Positions 9,875-18,985 of a DNA stretch of 64,000 bases are shown in pieces. Position 1 is the stretch's first letter. The number at the start of each line of letters is the position of its first letter. The notes beneath the pieces are model-generated. The model was not told where the DNA came from, made no database searches, and was given only the letters and a program-made list of their open reading frames with translations. A program made the translations under genes and the position numbers. The stretch is from Nanoarchaeota archaeon SCGC AAA011-G17 (GTDB lineage: Archaea; Nanobdellota; Nanobdellia; SCGC-AAA011-G17), in NCBI GenBank assembly GCA_000402515.1, contig AQRL01000036.1, positions 4,871-68,870 of the forward strand. The letters run 5' to 3'.

Positions 9875-9988
9875 GTGGGCGTGCCGGAGCGGTCAAACGG
9901 GATAGAGATTTAGTCGTCCAAGCTCAAGAGACCACTTGGGGTACCTATTGGCTTAGTGCCTACGCAGGTTCGAACCCTGCCGCCCACA
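9875..9988 (+). tRNA. tRNA-Leu(CAA)-like gene, 114 nt, with ~30 nt unaccounted for (putative intron(s)); structure not fully resolved
   Basis: Perfect 7-bp acceptor GTGGGCG/CGCCCAC, T-arm GCAGG-TTCGAAC-CCTGC, canonical Leu anticodon loop CTCAAGA flanked by CCAAG...CTTGG, D-arm-like CCGGAGCGGTCAAACGG, variable hairpin GGCttagtGCC. Confidence 0.6.
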
Positions 9989-10031
9989 TTTTCTCAGAAT
10001 AATTTATATACAAGAATTAATTTATAGAATT

Positions 10032-10883
10032 ATGAAAAAGAGGGTTGTTGGCTATATTTACGGCGGCAGACTAAGCAAAGAGGAAAGGATTTTTCTTAAA
10101 GTTGCCAAAAAAAAGAATATCCAACTTGTTATGATTAACATTTCAAAGGATGTAAATTTAAAAGAGCTTGAAAAAAAAATAAAGGACTGCGACATTGTCT
10201 ATAACAACACTGCATTAGAGTTTGCAATTGAATTCAAAAAAACAATAGAAGAGCTTGGAAAAAAAGTTATTGACTCTTCAGAATCCTATTATTTTACTGA
10301 GGATAAATGGCTTTTCTATGTAAAATGCGAAGAGCACAAAATACCAACACCAGACACAATTCTTCTTTCAGATGAAATAAATCTTGTAAAAAGGGAGCTT
10401 AATGAATTTAATCACTGGCCTGTTGTCTTAAAAAGAATATGGGGGGAAATGGGAGAGTTTGTTGAAAGAGCCAAAAATACAAAAGAGGCTATTAAAGTTA
10501 TTAATAAATTCTGGGATAAGGATAATGAAAGACTGCCTATAATTGCCCAAGAGTTTATTACATCACCAAGCTACAGGGTTACTGTAATAGGGGACAAGAT
10601 AGTACAGACAGCGATAAAGGAAAACAAGGGCTGGAAGAAGACAGGGGTATATGAAAATAAATTCAAAAAATTCGGGATAGACAAAGATTTAAGAATAATA
10701 ATCAATAAAATGATTAAAATCTCAAAGATGAAGGTTTTTGGCGTTGATTTGATGAAAAAAAATGGGAAGTGGGTTGTAATTGAAATAAATGCAGAGCCTG
10801 CTTTTGATTTCTTTGAGAATGAAAGGGAAAAACTAGTATGTGATGTACTTACTCTTATGAAGAAAGCTGCAATAAAAAATTAA
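10032..10883 (+). CDS. ATP-grasp domain protein (RimK/LysX-like ligase)
   Basis: ATP-grasp sequence pattern (WPVVLKRIWGEMGEF...VIEINAEP). Confidence 0.55.
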   Translation: MKKRVVGYIYGGRLSKEERIFLKVAKKKNIQLVMINISKDVNLKELEKKIKDCDIVYNNTALEFAIEFKKTIEELGKKVIDSSESYYFTEDKWLFYVKCEEHKIPTPDTILLSDEINLVKRELNEFNHWPVVLKRIWGEMGEFVERAKNTKEAIKVINKFWDKDNERLPIIAQEFITSPSYRVTVIGDKIVQTAIKENKGWKKTGVYENKFKKFGIDKDLRIIINKMIKISKMKVFGVDLMKKNGKWVVIEINAEPAFDFFENEREKLVCDVLTLMKKAAIKN

Positions 10884-11644
10884 GACCTATAAATTTTTGT
10901 TAATTTATTTATTTTATTAAGATCTATTTCTGCTGTTATCATTCCTTCCTTACCAACAATTTTATTTAATATCCTATGCGGAGATGCAATTGCAGAATAA
11001 GAGACCTGATATTTTGAATCCTGCACGGGATTGCAAATCGCAACAAAGAATATATTCTCAAATGCTCTTGCCATAATTAATGACTCAAGAAGCGTTATTT
11101 CTCTTTTCATGTGCTGACTGCTATGCTCTTTTGTTTCATACCACCATTGTGCAGGACAAAAAACTATCTCTGCACCTTTTTTCTTCATTTCTTTGAATAA
11201 TTCCGGGAATGCAATATCCCAACAGATTACAATCCCTATTTTTGCAAAGTCTGTCTTAAAAACATAAACCTTCTTTCCTGGGCTGGTTGTATCTCCGTAA
11301 AGGTGTATTTTCTTATAATGCCCTTTAATATTTCCATTACGGTCTATAAGCATAGCAGTATTGTATTCTTTTTTTCTTATACCCAACAATTTATTCATTC
11401 TAAGGTCTTCTGTCAGGATACACCAGATTGAATTTTTTTTACACTCTTCCCTTATCTCCTTTATTAATTTATGATCAAAATGAAGAATGTCTGTTTTATG
11501 GACACATGACTCTGGAAAACAAATTATATCTGCCTTTGCTTTTTTTGCTAACCTGATATATTTTTTTATTTTTTCTACATTATTCCTTTTTGATATATCA
11601 AAATACTTTATCTGCGCAAGGGCAATTCTTACTTTTCTGGACAT
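10880..11644 (-). CDS. Carbon-nitrogen hydrolase (nitrilase superfamily)
   Basis: IALAQ...FPE...ICWD pattern of the CN-hydrolase E-K-C triad. Confidence 0.6.
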   Translation of the reverse strand: MSRKVRIALAQIKYFDISKRNNVEKIKKYIRLAKKAKADIICFPESCVHKTDILHFDHKLIKEIREECKKNSIWCILTEDLRMNKLLGIRKKEYNTAMLIDRNGNIKGHYKKIHLYGDTTSPGKKVYVFKTDFAKIGIVICWDIAFPELFKEMKKKGAEIVFCPAQWWYETKEHSSQHMKREITLLESLIMARAFENIFFVAICNPVQDSKYQVSYSAIASPHRILNKIVGKEGMITAEIDLNKINKLTKIYRS

Positions 11645-11785
11645 ATATATTATAATGTTTAGTTTATTTAAATACCTTTGCGTGAAAAGGATTTACAATT
11701 CAATCTTTAAGATTCTTTTTATAAACTCTTCAATCCTATCTCCTATCTATAAACATTTATAAATAAGCAGTATGTAATAAGTAAT

Positions 11786-12091
11786 ATGAAAAACGAAACT
11801 ATATTTGTGGAAGTATTTGGAAATAATCCTGTAATGAGAGTTTTAGACTTTCTTATAACTTTCCATGCATTTGACTATCCTTTAACAGAAATAGCAAAGA
11901 ATTCAGGAGTTGGCTACTCTACGCTGCAGACTTTTTGGGATAAGCTAGAAAGAAACTGTATTGTTATAAAAACGAGAAGAGTGGGAAAATCAGATTTATA
12001 CAAGTTAAATACAAATAATCCTGCTGTAAAGCAATTAATAAAACTTGACTGGAATTTAATAAAAGGCAGTGAGCAGGAAGTTTGCTCCTGA
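11786..12091 (+). CDS. Winged-helix DNA-binding protein (putative transcriptional regulator)
   Basis: 101 aa; LTEIAKNSGVGYSTLQTFWDKLE helix-turn-helix-like. Confidence 0.45.
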   Translation: MKNETIFVEVFGNNPVMRVLDFLITFHAFDYPLTEIAKNSGVGYSTLQTFWDKLERNCIVIKTRRVGKSDLYKLNTNNPAVKQLIKLDWNLIKGSEQEVCS

Positions 12092-12154
12092 TTATTCTTT
12101 AATAAATTATTTAATTTGGGTTAAATTTATATATATACTAAACAAAAAAAGACT

Positions 12155-12865
12155 GTGAAAAAGGTATTATACACGAATAAGGGAGATAAGCTGTACTGGG
12201 AGAAGGGAGATTTGCACACCCAATATGGAATGGTCAAGGAGAAAGACATCAAGCAGGGGAAGATAAAGACCCATATTGGAACCAATCTGAAAGTCTTAGA
12301 TGCTGATTTTCTGGATAAATTAGAGAAGGTAAAGAGGGGTCCTGCATTTATGGTTCCTAAAGATATCGGCTTGATTCTTACTAATACAAGCATCAATAAA
12401 AATTCCAATGTATTAGATGCTGGAACAGGCTCTGGAATTCTGAGCGCTTATTTGTCAAGATTTGTAAAAAGGGTTTACAGCTATGAGAGGAATCCTGAAT
12501 TTTTAAAATTAGCAGAAGAGAATTTTAAAAAGCTTGGAATCAAGAATGTTGAGTTAAAAAATGGAGATGTATATGAAGATATCAAAGAGAATGATCTTGA
12601 CTTAATAACATTGGATTTATTAGAGCCATGGAATGCCTTGAAAAATGCACGCAGAGCCTTAAGAAGCGGGGGGTATATTGCTGTTTATACACCTAATGTC
12701 AGCCAGGTCAGCAGATTTGTTAAGGAGTTGGACAAGAATTCATTTATTTTTATAAAGACTATTGAGGTTATTGAGAGGGAGTGGGTAGTGGATGATTTAA
12801 GAATAAGGCCAAAAAACAGAATGCTGGGACATACTGGCTTCTTAACTTTTGTAAGAAAAATTTGA
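12155..12865 (+). CDS. trmI: tRNA (adenine57/58-N1)-methyltransferase TrmI
   Basis: Gcd14/TrmI pattern (GPAFMVPKD, VLDAGTGSGILSAYL, ALRSGG). Confidence 0.7.
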   Translation: MKKVLYTNKGDKLYWEKGDLHTQYGMVKEKDIKQGKIKTHIGTNLKVLDADFLDKLEKVKRGPAFMVPKDIGLILTNTSINKNSNVLDAGTGSGILSAYLSRFVKRVYSYERNPEFLKLAEENFKKLGIKNVELKNGDVYEDIKENDLDLITLDLLEPWNALKNARRALRSGGYIAVYTPNVSQVSRFVKELDKNSFIFIKTIEVIEREWVVDDLRIRPKNRMLGHTGFLTFVRKI

Positions 12866-12868
12866 TTA
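12836..12868. repeat. 33-bp direct repeat (copy 1) covering the 3' end of trmI; copy 2 at 14098-14130
   Basis: ggcttcttaacttttgtaagaaaaatttgatta vs ggcttcttaacttttgtcagaaagatttaatta (3 mismatches). Confidence 0.8.
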
Positions 12869-14015
12869 ACCAAACAAATTCATAAACCAAGAAAGAATCT
12901 TTTCTAAGAAACCCTTACCAATACATTTATTACTTACACAAACATTACTATCACATTCAAAATTATTATTACATTGCATACTTTCTGTTAATTGTGTTTT
13001 TAGTATTTTATCAATATCACAAAATTCATTCTCTGTCCTAACACCAACAGGGACACAATTGTTACTAGAATCTAAACAACCATTACAATTATTCTCTCCT
13101 TCATTAGAAACTATAGCGCTCTTTTCGCTATTAGTTGTTTCCTCATTAGTAGAAATTGTAGACGTTACATCTGGTGATTTAGAACCAACCATTATCATCA
13201 ACCCCCTTTGTACAAAAACCTGTTTCACCACAAATATTCACATCAGTATAATCACACCATTCTTCATAATAAGTGTCAAAGCTACCATCCAAGATGCAAT
13301 GCTCATCATATCGTGATTCACATGCATAATTTCCATAATTTCCTCCCCTGAATATATCTAAGTAAATCAATTGTTCTCCACTAGTAGATTCATTTGTTGC
13401 ACAATCTTTCACAATTCTATGTAATACATAATAATTATCTTCTTCTATACAAGAACCATCCTTACATCCATTTGAGCAGTATTGTTTAGCATACCATTTC
13501 CCCGTTATATCATCGCATGCCAAAACATAATCCCCTTCACTATCACAGGAATAGCTTCCAGACAAACATTCTTTTGTTTCTTGTGGAAATAATTCTATCA
13601 ACTTATTGACACCAACATTTTCACTTAATATCTCTTTATGTTTTACATTTAATTTATCCAAAATTTTTATAAGTTCTGCTTGAAAAACAAAATGGCTTGT
13701 TGGAGAATGTGAACCAACAATAATGACTGCTTCTCCATTATAAACCAAAAGTGTAACTCTATTATCAAGAGTATTTATATCAATCTCACTAAATAATTTA
13801 GCATAGGTTGATGGAATCTCTCCATATTTTAAAGAACCATCATCATTTTTCATAAGTTGTAAAGAAGCTATTATTTCAGATATAATTTTGGTGTCTGAAG
13901 CAGGACCTAAATCATAAACGCCGATAACAGAAAATGTAGCTATGGTGCTTGTTTCCTCAGCAAAAACAAATGAGCTAAGTAAAATTAACAATATTCCTAA
14001 TACTAATTTTTTCAT
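12866..14015 (-). CDS. Cysteine-rich secreted protein; reading frame broken at a G5/C5 homopolymer (13202-13206), appearing as ORFs 13179-14015 and 12866-13231
   Basis: Signal peptide MKKLVLGILLILLSSFVFA; both ORFs Cys-rich and overlapping by 53 nt in different frames across a C5 run. Confidence 0.5.
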
Positions 14016-14097
14016 CTTAATCCCCTATAAAATAATTATAATCACTAATAAGTTGCTATATAAATCTTTTGGTTCTCTCCAACTTGTTTCATTTTAC

Positions 14098-14130
14098 GGC
14101 TTCTTAACTTTTGTCAGAAAGATTTAATTA
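14098..14130. repeat. 33-bp direct repeat (copy 2)
   Basis: See 12836-12868; recreates the ...GFLTFVRKI* C-terminus as a 61-aa pseudo-ORF. Confidence 0.8.
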
Positions 14131-14161
14131 GATTTATATTTCTTTAGTTTATATAAATAAT

Positions 14162-14581
14162 ATGAAAATTGTTTTAATTGCGTGTGCAAGCAAAAAATTG
14201 TCCAAAAAAACTGAGGCAAGGGATTTATACATAAGCCCATTATTCAAATATAATATTAGATATGCCAAATCATTAAATCCTGATAGTATATTTATTCTTT
14301 CTGCAAAATATGGCTTATTAGAATTGAATGAAGAAGTAGGACCTTATAACCAAACATTAAATAGAATGAATAATGAAGAGATTGTAAAATGGGCGGATGG
14401 AGTTATTAATAAACTAAGTAAGAAAACAGACCTTAAGAATGATGAATTTATTTTTTTAGCAGGAGAAAAATATAGAAAATTTTTGATACCCCATATCTCT
14501 AATTATAAAATTCCTTTAGAAGGGCTCGGGATTGGAAAGCAATTAAAATTCCTGAAAGAGAGGATAAAAGATGAGCAATAA
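14162..14581 (+). CDS. Conserved hypothetical protein (139 aa), first gene of a two-gene module
   Basis: MKIVLIACASKK...ARDLYISPLF...ILSAKYGLL; overlaps next gene by 11 nt. Confidence 0.4.
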   Translation: MKIVLIACASKKLSKKTEARDLYISPLFKYNIRYAKSLNPDSIFILSAKYGLLELNEEVGPYNQTLNRMNNEEIVKWADGVINKLSKKTDLKNDEFIFLAGEKYRKFLIPHISNYKIPLEGLGIGKQLKFLKERIKDEQ

Positions 14582-15209
14582 CTGCAATAAATTACATAAG
14601 TTAGTTAATAATTCAAAGAGATTAAAATTTCCTTTTAAGGAAGAAGATATTCCGCTGAATGGAATCTATATATTATTTGAGAAAGATGAATTTGCTCATA
14701 ATGGTGATAGGATTGTTAGAATTGGAAGCCATACTGGAATAGGTCAATTGAGATCTAGATTAAAACAGCATTTTATTAATGAAAACAAAGACAGGAGCAT
14801 TTTCAGAAAAAATATCGGGAGGGCTCTGCTTAACAAGAGTAAAGATAAGTTTCTTGAACAGTGGGAATTAGATTTAACTTCTAAAAAATCCAAAGAGAAA
14901 AATCTGCATTTAATAGATCTTAGTAAACAAAAAGAAATTGAAAAAAAATTTACAGAGTATATCCAGAATAATTTCAGTTTTATTGTTCTAAAGATAGATG
15001 ACAAGAAAAGAAGGCTTGAGAGTGAGTCTAAACTAATTTCAACTGTTTCATTATGCAGGGAATGCAGGCCATCAAAAAACTGGCTTGGCTTATTCTCTCC
15101 AAAAGAGAAGATAGTAAAGAGCGGGCTTTGGCTGGTTAATGAGCTATACAAAGAGCCATTATCTGATAAAGAAACAGATGAGCTAAAGAATTACTTATTC
15201 AAGTCCTGA
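14571..15209 (+). CDS. GIY-YIG nuclease-family protein with C-terminal extension
   Basis: NGIYILFEKDEFAHNGDRIVRIGSHTGIGQLRSRLKQHF matches GIY...YIG...R..H. Confidence 0.5.
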   Translation: MSNNCNKLHKLVNNSKRLKFPFKEEDIPLNGIYILFEKDEFAHNGDRIVRIGSHTGIGQLRSRLKQHFINENKDRSIFRKNIGRALLNKSKDKFLEQWELDLTSKKSKEKNLHLIDLSKQKEIEKKFTEYIQNNFSFIVLKIDDKKRRLESESKLISTVSLCRECRPSKNWLGLFSPKEKIVKSGLWLVNELYKEPLSDKETDELKNYLFKS

Positions 15210-16078
15210 TAAGCTGAGTTTGCTGCTGTTGCTCCCTCTCCGCATGCTGTTATTATCTGCTTCAAAGAATTATTTGTAATATCACCTGCTGCATAGATTC
15301 CATTAATATTTGTTCTCTGCTGCTTGTCTGCTATAATATAACCTTTTGAATCTGTTTTTATTTTTAATTGTGATATCAATCTCTGGTCGGGTATTGCCCC
15401 AACTTCTATAAATAATCCATCTACTTTTAATTTTTTTCCTGATTTCAGCTCTATGGCTTCGAGGAATTTTTCCCCTTCTAATTTAGCTATATCTTCCCTG
15501 AATATTTGTTTTATTTTTTTCTTACCTTTTAGCTGACTCAGCCATACTGGATCTGCCCTGAATTTATCCCCTCTGTATATCAAATAAACAGTGTCTGCAT
15601 AATCAGCCAGAAGCAATGCTGTTGTTACTGCTCCATTTCCCCCGCCAGCAACTGCAACATTCTTATTCCTAAACAAGGGTCCGTCGCAAGTTCCGCAATA
15701 AGAAATTCCACGACCTAGTAATTCCATTTCCCTTGGTATGTTCAGCTTCTTTCTTTCTGTTCCTGCTGCAAGTATCATCTTCTTTGCTTCAAATGTTTTT
15801 CCTTTTGCTGTTTTAACCTTAAATTTATTTGATATTTTAATTACCTCATCATATATCATTTCTGCATTTAATTTTTTTACATGCTCCTCCATCTTTTTCA
15901 TTAAATCAAATCCAGAAATATCTTCATATGTCGGGAAATTACAGATTTTATGGGCTGTTGTTGCTATCCCTCCCGGAATTTTTGTGATTAGTAAGGTCTT
16001 TAATTTATATCTGGATGCATACATTGCTGCTGTCAGTCCGGCTGGCCCTCCCCCTATTATTATTAGGTCATATTTCAT
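15191..16078 (-). CDS. Thioredoxin-disulfide reductase-like flavoprotein
   Basis: LIIIGGGPAGLTAAMY FAD motif, SYCGTCDG redox-active dicysteine, second GxGxxA NAD(P) motif. Confidence 0.7.
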   Translation of the reverse strand: MKYDLIIIGGGPAGLTAAMYASRYKLKTLLITKIPGGIATTAHKICNFPTYEDISGFDLMKKMEEHVKKLNAEMIYDEVIKISNKFKVKTAKGKTFEAKKMILAAGTERKKLNIPREMELLGRGISYCGTCDGPLFRNKNVAVAGGGNGAVTTALLLADYADTVYLIYRGDKFRADPVWLSQLKGKKKIKQIFREDIAKLEGEKFLEAIELKSGKKLKVDGLFIEVGAIPDQRLISQLKIKTDSKGYIIADKQQRTNINGIYAAGDITNNSLKQIITACGEGATAANSAYQDLNK

Positions 16079-16532
16079 ATTCTTCCCTCAATAATGCATA
16101 TCTTTTCTCATCATGTATTTTTCCTGTTGCTTTTGCTCTTCTGCTTTTTATTTTTGTTCCTTCAAATTTAAATCCCATTTTTTCTATCATTGAATAAGAC
16201 GGCTTATTTTCCACATAAACTCCTGCCTCTACTCTTCTTAGTTTTAATTTATCAAATGCAAAGGAGATTAATTTCTTTAATGCCTCGGTTCCTATACCCT
16301 GCCTCCAGTATTCTTCTCCTATCCAACATCCTAATGATGCAGTGCCCTGATATTTATCAACACTAGATAAAGCCACACAACCAATTACTTTCTTCTCTGA
16401 TTTAAGTTCAATTCCAAGATTATAATTTTTTCTTGGTTTAATCTTTGTCTCTTTTGTACATTCGTTGATAAACTCTTTTGCATCTTTTATATTTAAATCC
16501 CTTAAAATTAATCTTTCTGTTGTTAGTTTCAT
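16068..16532 (-). CDS. GNAT family N-acetyltransferase (RimJ/RimL-like)
   Basis: Acetyl-CoA motif WRQGIGTEALKKLISFAF. Confidence 0.65.
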   Translation of the reverse strand: MKLTTERLILRDLNIKDAKEFINECTKETKIKPRKNYNLGIELKSEKKVIGCVALSSVDKYQGTASLGCWIGEEYWRQGIGTEALKKLISFAFDKLKLRRVEAGVYVENKPSYSMIEKMGFKFEGTKIKSRRAKATGKIHDEKRYALLREEYEI

Positions 16533-16609
16533 ATGTTTAGAATAATACTGTAGTTTTTAAAATTATTCATTAGCAAAGATTTAAAAAGTGTTTTCTCTTT
16601 AAAAAAATT

Positions 16610-17764
16610 ATGAAAATCGAGAAATATTTTGACCATGATGTAATGAGCGTACATCTTAAGGAGAAATTAAAGCCCTGTGTAAAGAGGGGTATGCCTGGAA
16701 ACTGGCAGTTTGAAGAATTAAAATTTAATATTCTTAAAAGCAATGATCTTGTTGAAATATATGAGGATTTCATTGAAGAGGTTAATGCAAATAATAAGGG
16801 CTTTATCGAGATGGAGAGAGAGGGAAGCACTATTTTCCAGATTGGAAAGTACAGAATTGTTGTTACAAGACCACCATTTTCAAACTGCTGGGAGATTACT
16901 GCTGTAAGGCCTGTAAAAAAGCTTGAACTAAAAGAGTATAAGATGAGTGAGAAGCTAAAAAAAAGGATTGCAGAGCAGGCAGAGGGGATTTTAATTGCCG
17001 GTAGCCCTGGCATGGGAAAATCTACATTTGCATCTGCCCTTGCTGAATATTATTCTGAGCATGGCAAGATAGTAAAAACTGTTGAGGCTCCAAGGGATTT
17101 ACAATTAAATGACAAAATAGTGCAGTATTCTTTGAAAGATAATTCTGAGGAGATACATGATGTTTTATTATTATCAAGACCAGATTATACAATTTTTGAT
17201 GAGATAAGAAATTACAAGGATTTTGAATTATTCAGTGATTTGAGATTATCCGGGATTGGACTGGCCGGAGTTGTACATGCTACTACTCCAATAGATGCTA
17301 TACAGAGATTTATCGGAAAGACTGAATTAGGAATAATCCCGCATATTATTGATACTGTTATTTTCATTAAAAATGGGGGTGTAGAAAAGGTGCTGGCTTT
17401 GGAGATGACGGTTAAAGTTCCCAGCGGGATGACTGAGGATGATTTGGCAAGGCCAATTGTTGTTGTCAAGGATTTTGAAACAGAAAAACTGGAATATGAG
17501 ATTTATTCTTACGGCGAAGAGACTGTTGTTGTTCCTGTAAAGGGCTTGGAAAAAGAGAAGAAGATTGCTGCGCATGAGCTGGCTGCAAAACAGATTGAGA
17601 AATATCTAGCTGAGTACAAAGTAAAGGCAAGACTTATTTCAGATAATAAGGCAGAGATTTATGTTCCTTCTAAATTTATAGCAGAGATTATTGGAAAGGG
17701 CGGAAAAAATATAGACAAGCTAGAAAAAGAAATTGGAATCAAGCTAGAGGTGAAGGAGTATTGA
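16610..17764 (+). CDS. PilT-family ATPase with C-terminal KH domain (COG1855-like)
   Basis: Walker A AGSPGMGKST; C-terminal KH signature IIGKGGKNIDKLEKEIG. Confidence 0.6.
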   Translation: MKIEKYFDHDVMSVHLKEKLKPCVKRGMPGNWQFEELKFNILKSNDLVEIYEDFIEEVNANNKGFIEMEREGSTIFQIGKYRIVVTRPPFSNCWEITAVRPVKKLELKEYKMSEKLKKRIAEQAEGILIAGSPGMGKSTFASALAEYYSEHGKIVKTVEAPRDLQLNDKIVQYSLKDNSEEIHDVLLLSRPDYTIFDEIRNYKDFELFSDLRLSGIGLAGVVHATTPIDAIQRFIGKTELGIIPHIIDTVIFIKNGGVEKVLALEMTVKVPSGMTEDDLARPIVVVKDFETEKLEYEIYSYGEETVVVPVKGLEKEKKIAAHELAAKQIEKYLAEYKVKARLISDNKAEIYVPSKFIAEIIGKGGKNIDKLEKEIGIKLEVKEY

Positions 17765-17974
17765 ATGAAGATAAACATACTTTCCGGCAGTTTGAGCCAA
17801 ATAAATTCTACCCTTGATGCATATGGTTATGAGCATTATATTGATAATAGTGGTTTTCTTAACGTTGATGAAATCGGTGTAGAGTGCCTTGAAAAAACTC
17901 TAGGGATTAAATATGAAATTATTGAAGGAAAGAATGTAACTGCTAGAGATATTTACCTTTTGCCTAAAAAATAA
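17765..17974 (+). CDS. Small hypothetical protein
   Basis: 69-aa ORF. Confidence 0.3.
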   Translation: MKINILSGSLSQINSTLDAYGYEHYIDNSGFLNVDEIGVECLEKTLGIKYEIIEGKNVTARDIYLLPKK

Positions 17975-18394
17975 CTATTTCTTAAAAAATATATAGAGCG
18001 CATAGGCAACTGCCCCTGCTTTAACTCCCATTACACCCCACTTGTAAGCTGATGTTTTTGTTTCCCAATCTGCATATTTTTCTGGTATTATCATTCTCTC
18101 AATAGGCTCGCTTAATGCAGCTGCTGCTGCGCAGTGTGTTGCAATGGTTTTTATGTCTATATCTATTCCTGCCTGGTTTATTTTATCAACTAATTTTTCT
18201 CCTGTTTTTGCTGCAAGTATTCCGGATGAAATGCCCAAGACAAAGGCTAACTGGGAATCATATTTTTTTGTGTCTCTTATTCCTGGAATAAAACCCTTTA
18301 CAGAATGAAAGGCCTCATTGCACAAAAATAGCAATGGGGTTTTTTCAAAAAATATAACTGGTTTTTCTACTTGTTTATATATTTTATATCTCAT
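17975..18394 (-). CDS. Unknown 139-aa protein translationally coupled to an AbrB-family antitoxin (candidate toxin)
   Basis: ATGA overlap with upstream AbrB gene; no PIN/RelE/MazF motif; hydrophobic C-terminus. Confidence 0.4.
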   Translation of the reverse strand: MRYKIYKQVEKPVIFFEKTPLLFLCNEAFHSVKGFIPGIRDTKKYDSQLAFVLGISSGILAAKTGEKLVDKINQAGIDIDIKTIATHCAAAAALSEPIERMIIPEKYADWETKTSAYKWGVMGVKAGAVAYALYIFFKK

Positions 18395-18678
18395 TATTTA
18401 TTCCCTCTTGATTTATGAACCAAATGGGGGATATCATTTTCCTTTAAACCTATTTTTTCTGCTCTCTTCTTTCCTTCTTTTGCTATCATTTCTAAATCTT
18501 TTATTAACTCTTCTTTAGAAGGAGTCTCTATTTTTTTTAGAATAATAGTATCCTTGGTACCAAAAATTGCAAATGTAGTGCCTTCTTGCATGTTTAATTT
18601 ATTCCTTATGTCTTGAGGAACAACAATCTGTCCTCTAGAGCTCATTTTAGTTATTTCAATTGCCATATTAACCTCCAT
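18394..18678 (-). CDS. AbrB/MazE/SpoVT-family antitoxin-like DNA-binding protein
   Basis: ITKMSSRGQIVVPQDIRNKLNMQEGTTFAIF swapped-hairpin motif. Confidence 0.65.
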   Translation of the reverse strand: MEVNMAIEITKMSSRGQIVVPQDIRNKLNMQEGTTFAIFGTKDTIILKKIETPSKEELIKDLEMIAKEGKKRAEKIGLKENDIPHLVHKSRGNK

Positions 18679-18766
18679 TCTTATTATAAGAAAGTAAGAT
18701 TAACTTATTTATAAACTTTTCTGTTTGGATAGTTTTTTAAAAGCAGATTTCTTTTATTTTTATGTG

Positions 18767-18841
18767 GGCTTGTAGCTCAGCTTGGATAGAGCACCACACT
18801 CCTAATGTGGGGGTCGAGGGTTCGAATCCCTCCAGAGGCTT
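18767..18841 (+). tRNA. tRNA-Arg(CCU)-like partial duplicate with non-pairing acceptor stem (pseudo-tRNA or att remnant)
   Basis: 60 nt (18773-18832) identical to tRNA at 20708-20782, but 5' GGGCTTG cannot pair with 3' CAGAGGC. Confidence 0.5.
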
Positions 18842-18985
18842 TAGATTATAGAAGATTTTATTGTAAAGCCATTTAATGCCTCTAAAATTGAAGAGACTAT
18901 GAAAAAGATTTTGAAGTAGATAACTTAATTATTAGTTTTATTAAGAGAACGAAAGATTTAAATATAAGTTCTATTTAAAATACTT

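Noticed and set aside
13942-14127. 61-aa plus-strand ORF ending ...GFLTFVRKI
   Set aside because: It exists only because the 33-bp repeat recreates the trmI C-terminal codons. It is antisense to the Cys-rich gene and has no independent coding signal.
16570-17013. 147-aa minus-strand ORF overlapping the start of the PilT-like ATPase gene
   Set aside because: Hydrophobic low-complexity translation, antisense to a gene with strong motifs. Likely spurious.
18767-18841. Second functional tRNA-Arg
   Set aside because: The acceptor stem would have three central mismatches (GGGCTTG vs CAGAGGC). It is treated as a pseudo-tRNA or att remnant, not a functional gene.
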